A DNA stretch of 64,000 bases from Alphaproteobacteria bacterium (GTDB lineage Bacteria; Pseudomonadota; Alphaproteobacteria; Bin95), in the NCBI GenBank assembly GCA_022825195.1, contig JAJDYL010000103.1, forward strand, positions 7,874 to 71,873, given 5' to 3'. Of this stretch, positions 48,567 through 58,482 are shown piece after piece. The position numbers and the translations under genes are program-made. Under the pieces are notes generated by a model. That model saw only the letters and a list, made by a program, of their open reading frames with translations, did not search any database and was not told the origin of the DNA. Position 1 is the stretch's first letter. Each line of letters begins with the position of its first letter.

Positions 48567-50024
48567 TCATTCCTCGTGGGGATTCTCGACCCGCGGCCAG
48601 TAGGGCGCCGCGAAGCGCTCGTAGGGGATCGTGGCGAAGTCGGGTGGGATTGCGCCCTCGCAGGCGAGATACGCGATCCGCGACGCGAGCGGCGCGAAGC
48701 CGGCATAGAAATGCTGCGTCGATTTGACGGCGATGCCCTTGTAGGCGGCCGGGTCGATGCCGAGCTGGGTCATGCCGTTCGGGTGGAAGACCTGCGTCCG
48801 GGTCGAGGTCAGGATGAGGTCGATGCCCGCGTCCGTCGAAAGCCACACGGCCGTTCCCATGCCCATCGTGGCGTCGCCGAAGCTTTGGCTGGCGCCCTCC
48901 AGAATGCGCTTCACCGTGACGGTCAGGTCCACGGGATCGCCCGAATCCGGCCCGCATTTGCCGCCGACCCGGAGGCGCATCGTGGCGCCTTCTCCCGCCT
49001 CTTCGCAAAAGCGCACGGCGACCGGGTCCCAGTAATAGCCCGAGAGCAGCCCGGTTGCGCCGCGTTCCAGCGCGCGCGACAGCAGGAAGGTCGAGTCCGA
49101 GGGCGCGCCGCCGCCGGCATTGTCGGCGACATCGGCCACGACCACCGGCCCCGGACCCGCCTCGATCAGGTCCAGCGCCTCGTCGATGGTCACGGTGTCC
49201 TGTACGGTCTCGTCGCGCAGGCCCCAGATCTTCCGTCCGAACGCCTGTGCGGTTTCGGCCGCGAGGCCGGCGTCGCCATCGGCGATGACGAGCATCCTGG
49301 CGGAGGTGTCCGGCACGTCCTGCCACGGGAAGCCGTGCGCGAAGGAAACGGACAGTATGCCGTCCCGGCCTTCCGCTGCCTGCATCTCCTCGACGAGGCT
49401 GCGCACCGGCTCGACGGGCGTGCGCCACATGCCGATCATCCGGCAATCGTGAACGGCCATGACGGGCTTCGCGCTGCCCTGATGCGCGGCATGGCAGATG
49501 TCGAACAGCTCGCGCGCGCGCTCGCCGGCGTCGACATGCGGATATTCCTTGAACACGACGAGCGCGTCTGCGTTCTCGACCATTTTCGCGGTGATCGAAC
49601 AGTGGAGATCGAGTTCGCCGCCGATCACGGCATCCGGACCGGCGACCTCGCGCACGCGGGCCAGGAGGTCGCCCTCGCAATCCTCGTAGCCCTCGGCGGT
49701 CATGGCGCCGTGCATGGACAGGAGCACGATATCGACCGGCATCGCCGCCCGGAGATCGTCCAGTATCTCGTCGCGGAAACCTTCATAGACCTTGCGCACG
49801 GTCAGCCCGGCGGGCTGGGCGAAAGCGGCGAGGCTCTCGACGACCCGGCCCTGGCGCTCCTCGGCGGCGGTGCGCCAGACATGCAGGGGCAGGCTGAAGG
49901 TGGTGGCGGGACGCCGGGTCGCGTCGCCCCGGAACAGCATGGTGTCCTCGAAGGTCTGCACGCCGGTCGGCATGGACGAGAAGGTGTTGGTTTCGGTCCC
50001 GAGGCAGGCGATGAAGACTTTCAT
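48567..50024 (-). CDS. M81-family metallopeptidase (MlrC/microcystinase-like)
   Basis: MKVFIACLGTETNTFS… is the family N-terminus; trimmed to that start, with a GGGAAGAAcc RBS. Confidence 0.8.
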   Translation of the reverse strand: MKVFIACLGTETNTFSSMPTGVQTFEDTMLFRGDATRRPATTFSLPLHVWRTAAEERQGRVVESLAAFAQPAGLTVRKVYEGFRDEILDDLRAAMPVDIVLLSMHGAMTAEGYEDCEGDLLARVREVAGPDAVIGGELDLHCSITAKMVENADALVVFKEYPHVDAGERARELFDICHAAHQGSAKPVMAVHDCRMIGMWRTPVEPVRSLVEEMQAAEGRDGILSVSFAHGFPWQDVPDTSARMLVIADGDAGLAAETAQAFGRKIWGLRDETVQDTVTIDEALDLIEAGPGPVVVADVADNAGGGAPSDSTFLLSRALERGATGLLSGYYWDPVAVRFCEEAGEGATMRLRVGGKCGPDSGDPVDLTVTVKRILEGASQSFGDATMGMGTAVWLSTDAGIDLILTSTRTQVFHPNGMTQLGIDPAAYKGIAVKSTQHFYAGFAPLASRIAYLACEGAIPPDFATIPYERFAAPYWPRVENPHEE

Positions 50025-50049
50025 GGTTCTTCCCCCGTTTGGTCGCGGT

Positions 50050-51021
50050 TCAAGGCGCACCGCCATAGAGATGGCACTCGGTGTTGTGGCCGCCGTCGGA
50101 CGCTGGCCGCGGCGGCTCGGACCGGCAGATCGCCATGCAGTCCGGGCAGCGCGGATGGAACGTGCAGCCGGGCGGCGGGTCGATGGGGTTCGGGAACACC
50201 GCGCCGAGATGCGTATCGGGCACGCCGAGTCGCGGGTCGGGCGTCAGCACCGAGCCGAGAAGGGCGCGGGTATAGGGGTGGCGCGGATCGTTGAAGAGCG
50301 TGTCCGAGTCGGCCTCCTCGACGATCCGGCCCAGATACATCACCGCCACCCGGTCCGCCATGTGCTGAACCACGGCCAGATTGTGGCTGATGAGCAGGTA
50401 TGTGAGCCCGAACTCCTCCTTCAGGTCCTGCAGCAGGTTCAGGATCTGGCTCTGGACCGAGACATCGAGTGCGGAAGTCGGCTCGTCGCAAATTACGACT
50501 TCCGGGCGCATGATGAGCGCGCGGGCGATCGCCACCCGCTGACGCTGGCCGCCGGAGAGCTGGCTCGGATAGCTGGACGCCACCCGGCGCGGCAGGCCCA
50601 CGACATCGAGCATTTCGCCGACCCTGGCGGACCATTCCGACGGCGCGCCCACACTGTGGATCCGGAGCGGCTGGGAGACGATGGACTCGATGGTCTTGGT
50701 CGGGTTGAGCGAGGAATAGGGGTCCTGGAAGATCGGCTGGATACGGCGCGCGATTTCGCGGCGGGAGAAGCCGGCCGCGCTGTTGCCGGCATAGAGCACG
50801 TCCCCCGAACTCGGGCGCTGCAGGCCGAGCAGGATGTTCGCCATCGTGCTCTTGCCGCAGCCCGACTCGCCCACGAGCCCCACGACCTGACCCCTGGGTA
50901 TCTTCAGCGAGACGCCGTTGACCGCGCGGAGCGGCTTCGAGCCGCGCAGGAGACCCTGGCTGACCTGGAAGACGCAGGTGACATCCACGGTTTCGAGCGC
51001 GGCGGCGGGGGCTTCGGTCAT
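50050..51021 (-). CDS. peptide ABC transporter ATP-binding protein (DppF/OppF-like)
   Basis: Walker A GESGCGKST, signature LSGGQRQR and a C-terminal oligopeptide-type extension. Confidence 0.9.
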   Translation of the reverse strand: MTEAPAAALETVDVTCVFQVSQGLLRGSKPLRAVNGVSLKIPRGQVVGLVGESGCGKSTMANILLGLQRPSSGDVLYAGNSAAGFSRREIARRIQPIFQDPYSSLNPTKTIESIVSQPLRIHSVGAPSEWSARVGEMLDVVGLPRRVASSYPSQLSGGQRQRVAIARALIMRPEVVICDEPTSALDVSVQSQILNLLQDLKEEFGLTYLLISHNLAVVQHMADRVAVMYLGRIVEEADSDTLFNDPRHPYTRALLGSVLTPDPRLGVPDTHLGAVFPNPIDPPPGCTFHPRCPDCMAICRSEPPRPASDGGHNTECHLYGGAP

Positions 51022-52058
51022 GGCGTTTCGGCCGCCTGCGGTTCGCCCGAAATCTCCTCCGGCGCGCGCAGGCAGGTATAGGCGTGACCGTCGCCCATGC
51101 GCGTCGGCTCGTCCCTCATGCCGGCGCAGGCGTCGCTCGCATAGTCGCAGCGATTGCGGAACATGCAGCCGGAGAGTTCGCCGACGAGGTTCGGCACGAT
51201 GCCGGGCACCGAACCCAGGCGTTCGCCGCGTTGCGTCCGCCCCGGTATCGGGATGCAGCGCAGCAGCCCCTGCGTGTAGGGGTGCATGGGCGCGTCGAAA
51301 ACCGTCTCGCACGGGCCCTCTTCGACCGTCTTGCCGGCATACATCACCTGCACCTTGTCGGCCACGCGCGCGACGATGCCGAGATCGTGGGTGATGAGGA
51401 TCATGCCCATCCGGAATTCGCGCTGGAGTTCGGCCAGCAGGTGAAGGATCTGGGCCTGGATGGTGACATCGAGCGCGGTGGTCGGCTCGTCCGCGATAAT
51501 CAGCTCCGGCCCGCACATCAGCGCCATGGCGATCATCACGCGCTGGCGCTGCCCGCCCGAGAGCTGGTGGGGATACTGGCCGAGACGCGAGGCGGCGGAG
51601 GAAATGCCGACCTTTTCGAGCAGGAACACGGCCCGGTCGCGCGCCGCCGCGCGGCTCTGCTCCACATGGCGCAGATAGACTTCCGCCAGCTGGTTGCCGA
51701 TGGTGTAGGACGGGTTGAGCGAGGTCATCGGCTCCTGGAAGATCATCGACATGGAGCCGCCGCGCAGGCGCGCCATCTCGCGCTCACGGAGACTGCGGAT
51801 ATCGCGGCCGAGGAACTCCATCCGGTCGGCGCTGCGCCGGGCGGTCTTCGGCAGAAGCCCCATGACTGCGAGCGAGGTCAGCGACTTGCCGCAGCCCGAC
51901 TCGCCCACGATGCAGAGCGTCTCGCCGCGCGAGACCGAGAAACCGATGCCGCGCACCGGATGCAGCATCCCGGCGGCGACGGGGATATCGACGGAGAGGT
52001 TCTCGACCTCGAGGATCGTCCCGGACACCGTCTCAACGCTCCCGTTCGAGCGTGACAT
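51018..52058 (-). CDS. peptide ABC transporter ATP-binding protein (DppD/OppD-like)
   Basis: GESGCGKS, LSGGQRQR; 4-nt overlap with the downstream ATPase. Confidence 0.9.
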   Translation of the reverse strand: MSRSNGSVETVSGTILEVENLSVDIPVAAGMLHPVRGIGFSVSRGETLCIVGESGCGKSLTSLAVMGLLPKTARRSADRMEFLGRDIRSLREREMARLRGGSMSMIFQEPMTSLNPSYTIGNQLAEVYLRHVEQSRAAARDRAVFLLEKVGISSAASRLGQYPHQLSGGQRQRVMIAMALMCGPELIIADEPTTALDVTIQAQILHLLAELQREFRMGMILITHDLGIVARVADKVQVMYAGKTVEEGPCETVFDAPMHPYTQGLLRCIPIPGRTQRGERLGSVPGIVPNLVGELSGCMFRNRCDYASDACAGMRDEPTRMGDGHAYTCLRAPEEISGEPQAAETP

Positions 52059-52959
52059 CGCGCAGCCCGTCGCCGAAGAGGTTGATCGCCAGCACGAGCA
52101 TGAAGAGGCAGACGCCGGGCAATGCCAGCAGCCAGGGCGAGAAGAACATGTACTCGCGCCCCTCGTTCAGCATCAGGCCCCAGCTCGGCGTCGGCGCCTG
52201 CACGCCGAAGCCGAGGAAGGAGAGCGCGGCTTCCAGCAGGATCGCGTTCGCCATCTCGACCGTCGCCACGACGGTCAGCGATGAGAGCACATTGGGGAAG
52301 ATCTCGCGCACGATGATGTAGGGCGTCGAGCAGCCCATGGCGCGCGCCGCCTTCACGTAGTCCAGGTCGCGCGCCTGCATGGTGATGCTTCGCATGACCA
52401 CGGCGAAGCGGTCCCAGAGGAACAGCCCGAGGACGAGGATCACCACGGTGAGCGAGGCGCCGAAGGCCACCACCGCGGCCATCGCGACCAGAAACACCGG
52501 CATGGCGAGCCGCGTGTTGATGATGAAGTTCACCACCATGTCGACCCGGCCGCCGAAATAGCCTGCCGTCACGCCCAGCACCGTGCCGATGACGCCCGAG
52601 ATCAACATGGTCGAGAAGCCGATCAGCAGCGAAATCTGGCTGCCGTAAATGAGCCGCGAGAGGTAATCCCGGCCCACCTTGTCGGTGCCGAAGACATGCT
52701 CCGGATCGATTTTCTTCTCATGCCAGAACGGGTTGGTCAGGCGCTTCGCCAGATCCTGGTCGTAGGGGTCGTGCGGCGCCAGCAACGGCGCGAGGATCGC
52801 CACCGTGAAGATGGCGGCGAGGATGATCGCGCCGATCAGGAAGCTGTGGTTGCCGAGAATGCGCCGGCGGAGCTTGGACCAGGGAGAGGGCTCGAGGATT
52901 TCCTCGGCCGTCTGCCGCTGTCGGAAAACGAGGGATCTGGCAGCGCCGGTATCGGTCAT
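52033..52959 (-). CDS. ABC transporter permease (DppC-like)
   Basis: 6-TM permease with an EAA-like loop. Confidence 0.9.
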   Translation of the reverse strand: MTDTGAARSLVFRQRQTAEEILEPSPWSKLRRRILGNHSFLIGAIILAAIFTVAILAPLLAPHDPYDQDLAKRLTNPFWHEKKIDPEHVFGTDKVGRDYLSRLIYGSQISLLIGFSTMLISGVIGTVLGVTAGYFGGRVDMVVNFIINTRLAMPVFLVAMAAVVAFGASLTVVILVLGLFLWDRFAVVMRSITMQARDLDYVKAARAMGCSTPYIIVREIFPNVLSSLTVVATVEMANAILLEAALSFLGFGVQAPTPSWGLMLNEGREYMFFSPWLLALPGVCLFMLVLAINLFGDGLRDVTLERER

Positions 52960-52968
52960 GGCAACCCC

Positions 52969-53886
52969 TCAGCGCACCGAGATTCGCGGGTCGAGATAGG
53001 CGTTGAGCAGGTCGGCCAGCAGCGTCAGCACCACATAGAACGAAGCGAAGACCAGCACGATCGCCTGCACCACCGGCAGGTCCGAGCGCAGCAGCGCATC
53101 GTAGGAGAGCCAGCCGATGCCCTTGAGGTTGAAGATCGTCTCGATGACGATCGAACCGCCCAGCATGAACCCGAACCACACGGCCGCGAGCGCGACGACC
53201 GGGATGATCGCGTTCCTGAGCGCATGCTTGAAGAGCACCGAGGCCGGGCTCAGTCCCTTGGCGCGCGCCGTGCGGATATAGTCGGAGGCCAGCACCTCGA
53301 TCATGCCGGCGCGGGTCAGGCGCATCAGCGCGGGCGTGGCGTAGTAGCCGAGCGCGATGGTGGGCATGACATAGTTGGCCCACTGCGTATGGCCGGAAAT
53401 CGGCAGCCAGCGCCACCAGACGCCAAAGACGATAATCATCATCAGCGCGAACCAGAAGGTCGGCAACGCCTGGCCGAGAACCGCTATGAACAGCGCGATC
53501 CGGTCAGTGATCGAATTGGGCCGCATGGCCGCGAGCGTGCCCAGAGGGATGGAGACGGCCAGTGCGAACAGGATCGCCAGCGTGCCGAGCAGCATGGTCC
53601 GCCCGATCCGCTCGGAGACCATGTCGAAGACGCGCTGCTTGTAGTGGTAGCTCTCCCCGAAATCGCCGGAGAGCGCGCGGCCGAGCCAGTCGAGATACTG
53701 GACATGGATCGGCCGGTCGAAGCCGTAGAGCTTGCGGATCGCCTGGATGTCCTCGTCGCTCGCCTGCTCGCCTCCGATGGTCAGCGCCGGATCCGCCGAA
53801 AGGTGGCTGAGCGAGAAGGTCAGCCCCGACACGACGATCAGGATCAGGAACGCAACGAAGGTCCGCTTGAGCGTGTAGGCAGGCAT
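52969..53886 (-). CDS. ABC transporter permease (DppB-like)
   Basis: 6-TM BPD-transporter fold. Confidence 0.9.
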   Translation of the reverse strand: MPAYTLKRTFVAFLILIVVSGLTFSLSHLSADPALTIGGEQASDEDIQAIRKLYGFDRPIHVQYLDWLGRALSGDFGESYHYKQRVFDMVSERIGRTMLLGTLAILFALAVSIPLGTLAAMRPNSITDRIALFIAVLGQALPTFWFALMMIIVFGVWWRWLPISGHTQWANYVMPTIALGYYATPALMRLTRAGMIEVLASDYIRTARAKGLSPASVLFKHALRNAIIPVVALAAVWFGFMLGGSIVIETIFNLKGIGWLSYDALLRSDLPVVQAIVLVFASFYVVLTLLADLLNAYLDPRISVR

Positions 53887-53976
53887 TCCGCCGCTCTCCG
53901 ACGGTCAAAGGAACGGCAGGGCGGGAACGCGGCCCGCCCTGCCTTGTCGCCGCCCCCCTGCGGGGGCGAAGCGCCG

Positions 53977-55515
53977 TTAGCTGCTTGCCCAGCCGTACTG
54001 CCAGAAGCGCGGAATCTCATCCTGGTAGGGGATGAAGTTCAGTTCCTCGCGGTAGGCGTAGTTCCGGACATGGTTGAACATCGGCAGCCAGTAGACCTCG
54101 CGCGTGATCTTCTCGACGGCCTTCCGGTAGGCAGCCTTGCGCACCTCCGGATCCGAGTTCGTGTCGCCTTCTTCCAGCCACGCGGCCACTTCGTCGTCGA
54201 GCGCGAAATCGTCCGGCCCCTTCTTGAAGAAGTGGCTGGTGATGGCCGACATGTCGTTCATCGAATAGGAGCCCCAGTCCATCAGGAACATCGGCGTCGT
54301 GCCCTCGTTGCGCTGTTTGTCGCGCAGCGCGAAGTAAGGCATTTTCGTGAGCGTCGCCCTGATGCCGACCTTGGCAAGGTCGCCCATGATCGCTTCGGCC
54401 CAGTCCGCGGGACGGAAGGTGTAGAAGCCGATCTCGAACCCGTCCGGATAACCCGCCTCGGCGAGAAGCGCCCTGGCCTTTTCCGGATCGAACTCGTGCC
54501 TGACCGCCGCCTCCGCGTCGCAGCCGAACTGGGTCGGGAAGCAGGGCGTGTGGATGACGCCGGCATCGCCGCGGATCAGGTTCTTCACGAGCGAGGCGCG
54601 GTCGATCGCATGGGCCATCGCCTGGCGGACCTTGAGCTTCGTGGTCGGCTCGAAATTGCCGCGGCCGGCGGCGTCGAAGCCGATATAGCCGGTGCGCATC
54701 GTGCCGGCCTGGAGGGCCTTGTAGCCCGGCACCTGGCCGATCTGGTCCACATGGTCGGCCGAAATGTCGGCGGTCACGTCGATGCCGCCCGCCAGCAATT
54801 CGGCAATCTGGGTCTGCACGTCCGCGATCTCGCGCACGATCATGCTGGAGACCTGCGCCTCGCCCTTCGGGCTGCCCCAGGTGTAGCCTTCGTTCTTCTC
54901 GAAGACATATTCCTCGGCGGTCTTGATCGAGACGACCTTCATCGGGCCCGTGCCGACCGGCTTCCGGCCCATGCCTTCAGGGCCGACCTCGGCGTAATAC
55001 TCGTTGGGATAGATCGTCAGCGGCCCCGACAGGAACTCGAAGGCCTGCGGGAACGGCTTCTTCATGTGCAGGTTGACGGTGTACTGGTCCACCTTCTCGG
55101 CCCGGTCGATCCAGTTGACGTTGCGCTGCACCTTGACGCCGTTGTCCGGGTTGGAAATCCAGTTCAGCGTGAAGACCACATCGTCGGCGTCGAACGGCTC
55201 GCCATTATGGAACTTGACGCCTTCGCGCAGCTTGAACTGCCAGGTCGTGTCGTTCAGCAGCTCCCAGCTCGTCGCGAGCAGCGGCTTGTATTCGAAGGTC
55301 TTCGGCTCACGGTAGATGAGCTGGTCCCAGACCATGCGGCTGAACCAGATTCCCGTCCGGTTGGTGTTGAAATAGTTGTCGACATTCTCGATGGGGCCGG
55401 TCGAGCCCCATGCGATGACCAGCGAATCGTCGTCCGGTCCGGCGTTGGCCGCGGTCGCGATCATTGCCGCGCCGGCGATCGACGCCGCAACGCCGGCAAG
55501 TTTCCTGAAACTCAT
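53977..55515 (-). CDS. ABC transporter substrate-binding protein, family 5 (DppA/OppA-like)
   Basis: Signal peptide MSFRKLAGVAASIAGAAMIATAANA; GGAGAGG RBS; trimmed from ORF 53977..55668. Confidence 0.9.
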   Translation of the reverse strand: MSFRKLAGVAASIAGAAMIATAANAGPDDDSLVIAWGSTGPIENVDNYFNTNRTGIWFSRMVWDQLIYREPKTFEYKPLLATSWELLNDTTWQFKLREGVKFHNGEPFDADDVVFTLNWISNPDNGVKVQRNVNWIDRAEKVDQYTVNLHMKKPFPQAFEFLSGPLTIYPNEYYAEVGPEGMGRKPVGTGPMKVVSIKTAEEYVFEKNEGYTWGSPKGEAQVSSMIVREIADVQTQIAELLAGGIDVTADISADHVDQIGQVPGYKALQAGTMRTGYIGFDAAGRGNFEPTTKLKVRQAMAHAIDRASLVKNLIRGDAGVIHTPCFPTQFGCDAEAAVRHEFDPEKARALLAEAGYPDGFEIGFYTFRPADWAEAIMGDLAKVGIRATLTKMPYFALRDKQRNEGTTPMFLMDWGSYSMNDMSAITSHFFKKGPDDFALDDEVAAWLEEGDTNSDPEVRKAAYRKAVEKITREVYWLPMFNHVRNYAYREELNFIPYQDEIPRFWQYGWASS

Positions 55516-55841
55516 TTGTGTCCTCTCCCTGTTCGCTGTCCGGCAAAGAAGTCCGCTGTCCCGTCCGCTCCGCACGGGCTGCGTCCGGCCTGCGCAGGAA
55601 CGCAGGCCCGCACGCCAGCGGTCGGTAAAAGCAGGCCCCCCTGTCGGCATCGCGGCACGATGCACCAACCGTAGCGCGAGTCAACGCAACGATTGGCCGC
55701 GTCCTGAAATACGAAGCCCGCCGGCCGGGCCATGCCGCGCCCGGAGGCGCCGCCTCCCCGCCGGCAAAGACATTTGGGACAGACCTCTACAGGATGCTAG
55801 ACTGCCTGTCTTCCCTGTCACCAGCGTCCCCCGGAGGCCAT

Positions 55842-57233
55842 CCCATGCCGTTGCAGCCGAACTCGCCGGAAGCGCGCGATGTCGCGTATCTGCTCCACCC
55901 CTACACCAACTTCCGTCAGCACGAAGAACAGGGGCCGATGGTCATCGAGCGCGGTGACGGAGTCTATGTCTGGGATACCGGCGGCAAGCAGTATATCGAG
56001 GCCATGGCGGGCCTCTGGTCCACCTCGCTCGGCTTCCAGCACAAGCGCCTCGTGGCCGCCGCCGTCAAGCAGATGGAGACGCTGCCCTACTACCACCAGT
56101 TCGGCCAGAAATCGCACCTCCCCGGCATCGACCTCGCCGAGAAGCTGATGGGGCTCGCGCCCACCACCGTCTCCAAGGTGTTCTTCAACAACTCCGGGTC
56201 CGAGGCGAACGACACCGCCATCAAGATCATCTGGTACTACAACAATGCCCGCGGCCGCCATCAGAAGAAGAAGATCGTCGGGCGGGTCAACGGCTATCAC
56301 GGCATCACGCTGGCGGCGGCCAGCCTCACCGGCCGCTCCCTCAACCATTCCGGTTTCGACGCGCCGCTCGACCGTTTCATCCACACCGGCAATCCGCACC
56401 ATTACCGCTGCGGCGAGGAAGGCGAGAGCGAAGAGGATTTCGCCACGCGGATGGCCGAAGAACTCGACGCGCTGATCGAGGCGGAGGGGCCGGACACGGT
56501 CGCGGCCTTCTTCGCCGAGCCGGTCATGGGCGCCGGAGGCGTGATCGTTCCGCCGGCGACCTATTTCGAGAAAATCCAGAAGGTGCTGCGCAAGCACGAC
56601 GTGCTGTTCGTCGCCGACGAGGTCATCTGCGGCTTCTGCCGGACGGGTAACTTCTGGGGTTCCCAGACCTTCGGCATCGAGCCCGACATCCTCACCTGCG
56701 CCAAGGCGCTGTCGTCGAGCTACGTGCCCATATCCGCCACCATGATCAGCGACCATGTCTATCAGGCCATCGCGGATGCGAGCGCCAAGATGGGCGTGTT
56801 CGGGCACGGCTACACCTATTCCGGCCATCCGGTCGCGGCGGCGGTAGCCCTCGAGACGCTGAAGATCTACGAGGAAACCGACATGCTGGGCCATGTCCGC
56901 AGCGTGGCCCCGCACTTCCAGGAGAGGCTGCAGGGCTTTGCCGGCCATCCGCTGGTCGGCGAGGTGCGCGGCGTGGGGCTGGTCGGGGCGACCGAGCTGG
57001 TCAGGAACAAGGAGACCCGGGAAGCCTTCGCGGCGTCCGAGGGCGTCGGCGCCCTCGTCAACGACCTCTGCGCGCAGCACGGGCTGATTACCCGGCCGGT
57101 GGGCGACTCGATGTGCTTCGCTCCGCCCCTGATTATCCGGGACAGCGAGATCGACGACCTGTTCGACCGCTACGCCAGGGCGCTCGACGAGGGCCTCGAT
57201 GCGCTCACCAAGCAGGGCAAGGCCGTAGCGTAA
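55842..57233 (+). CDS. class III (omega) aminotransferase, SpuC/putrescine–pyruvate-type
   Basis: PLP-fold class III motifs (…FVADEVICGFCRTG…); GGAGG RBS. Confidence 0.9.
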   Translation, partial: PMPLQPNSPEARDVAYLLHPYTNFRQHEEQGPMVIERGDGVYVWDTGGKQYIEAMAGLWSTSLGFQHKRLVAAAVKQMETLPYYHQFGQKSHLPGIDLAEKLMGLAPTTVSKVFFNNSGSEANDTAIKIIWYYNNARGRHQKKKIVGRVNGYHGITLAAASLTGRSLNHSGFDAPLDRFIHTGNPHHYRCGEEGESEEDFATRMAEELDALIEAEGPDTVAAFFAEPVMGAGGVIVPPATYFEKIQKVLRKHDVLFVADEVICGFCRTGNFWGSQTFGIEPDILTCAKALSSSYVPISATMISDHVYQAIADASAKMGVFGHGYTYSGHPVAAAVALETLKIYEETDMLGHVRSVAPHFQERLQGFAGHPLVGEVRGVGLVGATELVRNKETREAFAASEGVGALVNDLCAQHGLITRPVGDSMCFAPPLIIRDSEIDDLFDRYARALDEGLDALTKQGKAVA

Positions 57234-57348
57234 CTCCGCAAGGCCGCAGCGTCTTGCCGCCGGGACCGGCCGCCGGCCTGCCGCTTTCCCTCCCGCGGGA
57301 GAGCGGCAGGCGCGGCTGCGCGCCGTCGCCTGCGCGCTTCCCGACAGG

Positions 57349-58482
57349 ATGTCCGGCCGGCGGAACTGGACGGGAGACCCGTTAGCCGTGGCCGTCGAGC
57401 CCGAGGTCCTTGTCCGTTTCCGCGACGTCGAGAAGACCTATGACGGCCGCGTCAATGTCGTGGACCGCCTCAATCTCGAAATCCGCAAGGGCGAGTTCCT
57501 GACGCTGCTCGGCCCCTCCGGGTCGGGCAAGACGACCATCCTGCTGATGCTCGCCGGCTTCGAGGCGGTGACGGCGGGCGACATCGCCCTCAACGACCGC
57601 TCGCTGCGCAATGTGCCTCCCTTCCGGCGCAATATGGGCATCGTGTTTCAGAACTACGCGCTCTTCCCGCACAAGTCCGTCTTTCAGAATGTCGCCTTCC
57701 CGCTCGTCCAGCGCCGCATGTCGAAGCCGGCGGTCCGCGAGAAGGTCGAGGCGGCGCTGCGCATGGTCGACCTCACAGGCCTCGGCGACCGCCGTCCCAA
57801 CCAGCTGTCGGGCGGGCAGCAGCAGCGGGTGGCGCTCGCGCGGGCGCTGGTGTTCCAGCCGGAAATCGTGTTGATGGACGAGCCGCTGGGCGCGCTGGAC
57901 AAGAAGCTCCGCGAGCAGATGCAGATCGAGATCAAGCATCTGCACGAAGACCTGGGCATGACCGTGGCCTATGTCACGCACGACCAGGGCGAGGCGCTCA
58001 CCATGTCGGACCGGGTCGCGATCATGAATGACGGGCTCATCCAGCAGGTCGGCTCGCCCCACCAGGTCTATGAAGAGCCCGCCAACGGGTTCGTCGCCAA
58101 TTTCATCGGCGAAAACAACAGTTTCGAAGGCCGGATCGAAAGCACGAGCGGGAACGACTGCGCCGTCCGGCTCGCATCCGGAGACATCGTCCGCGCCCGC
58201 TCCGCATCGCCGCGCGGCAACGGAGAGGCGGCGGCGCTGTCCCTGCGCCCCGAGCGCCTGACGATCGACCCGGAGGGCGAGGGCATTGCCAACCGGTTCG
58301 GCGCCACCGTCGTCGAGGTGATCTATTTCGGGGCGCACAACCGCGTCCGGCTGGCGATGGCCGGACGGGACGACATCATCGCGCTCGCGCCCGCCGGCCC
58401 CCGCAGCGATGCGCTCGCCCCCGGGGACACGGTCGAGGTCGGCTGGTCCCCGGAGCACTGCCGGGTGCTGGCCCCGGAATGA
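57349..58482 (+). CDS. ABC transporter ATP-binding protein (PotA/PotG-like)
   Basis: GPSGSGKTT, LSGGQQQRVALARAL and a C-terminal TOBE-like region; exact start uncertain. Confidence 0.85.
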   Translation: MSGRRNWTGDPLAVAVEPEVLVRFRDVEKTYDGRVNVVDRLNLEIRKGEFLTLLGPSGSGKTTILLMLAGFEAVTAGDIALNDRSLRNVPPFRRNMGIVFQNYALFPHKSVFQNVAFPLVQRRMSKPAVREKVEAALRMVDLTGLGDRRPNQLSGGQQQRVALARALVFQPEIVLMDEPLGALDKKLREQMQIEIKHLHEDLGMTVAYVTHDQGEALTMSDRVAIMNDGLIQQVGSPHQVYEEPANGFVANFIGENNSFEGRIESTSGNDCAVRLASGDIVRARSASPRGNGEAAALSLRPERLTIDPEGEGIANRFGATVVEVIYFGAHNRVRLAMAGRDDIIALAPAGPRSDALAPGDTVEVGWSPEHCRVLAPE

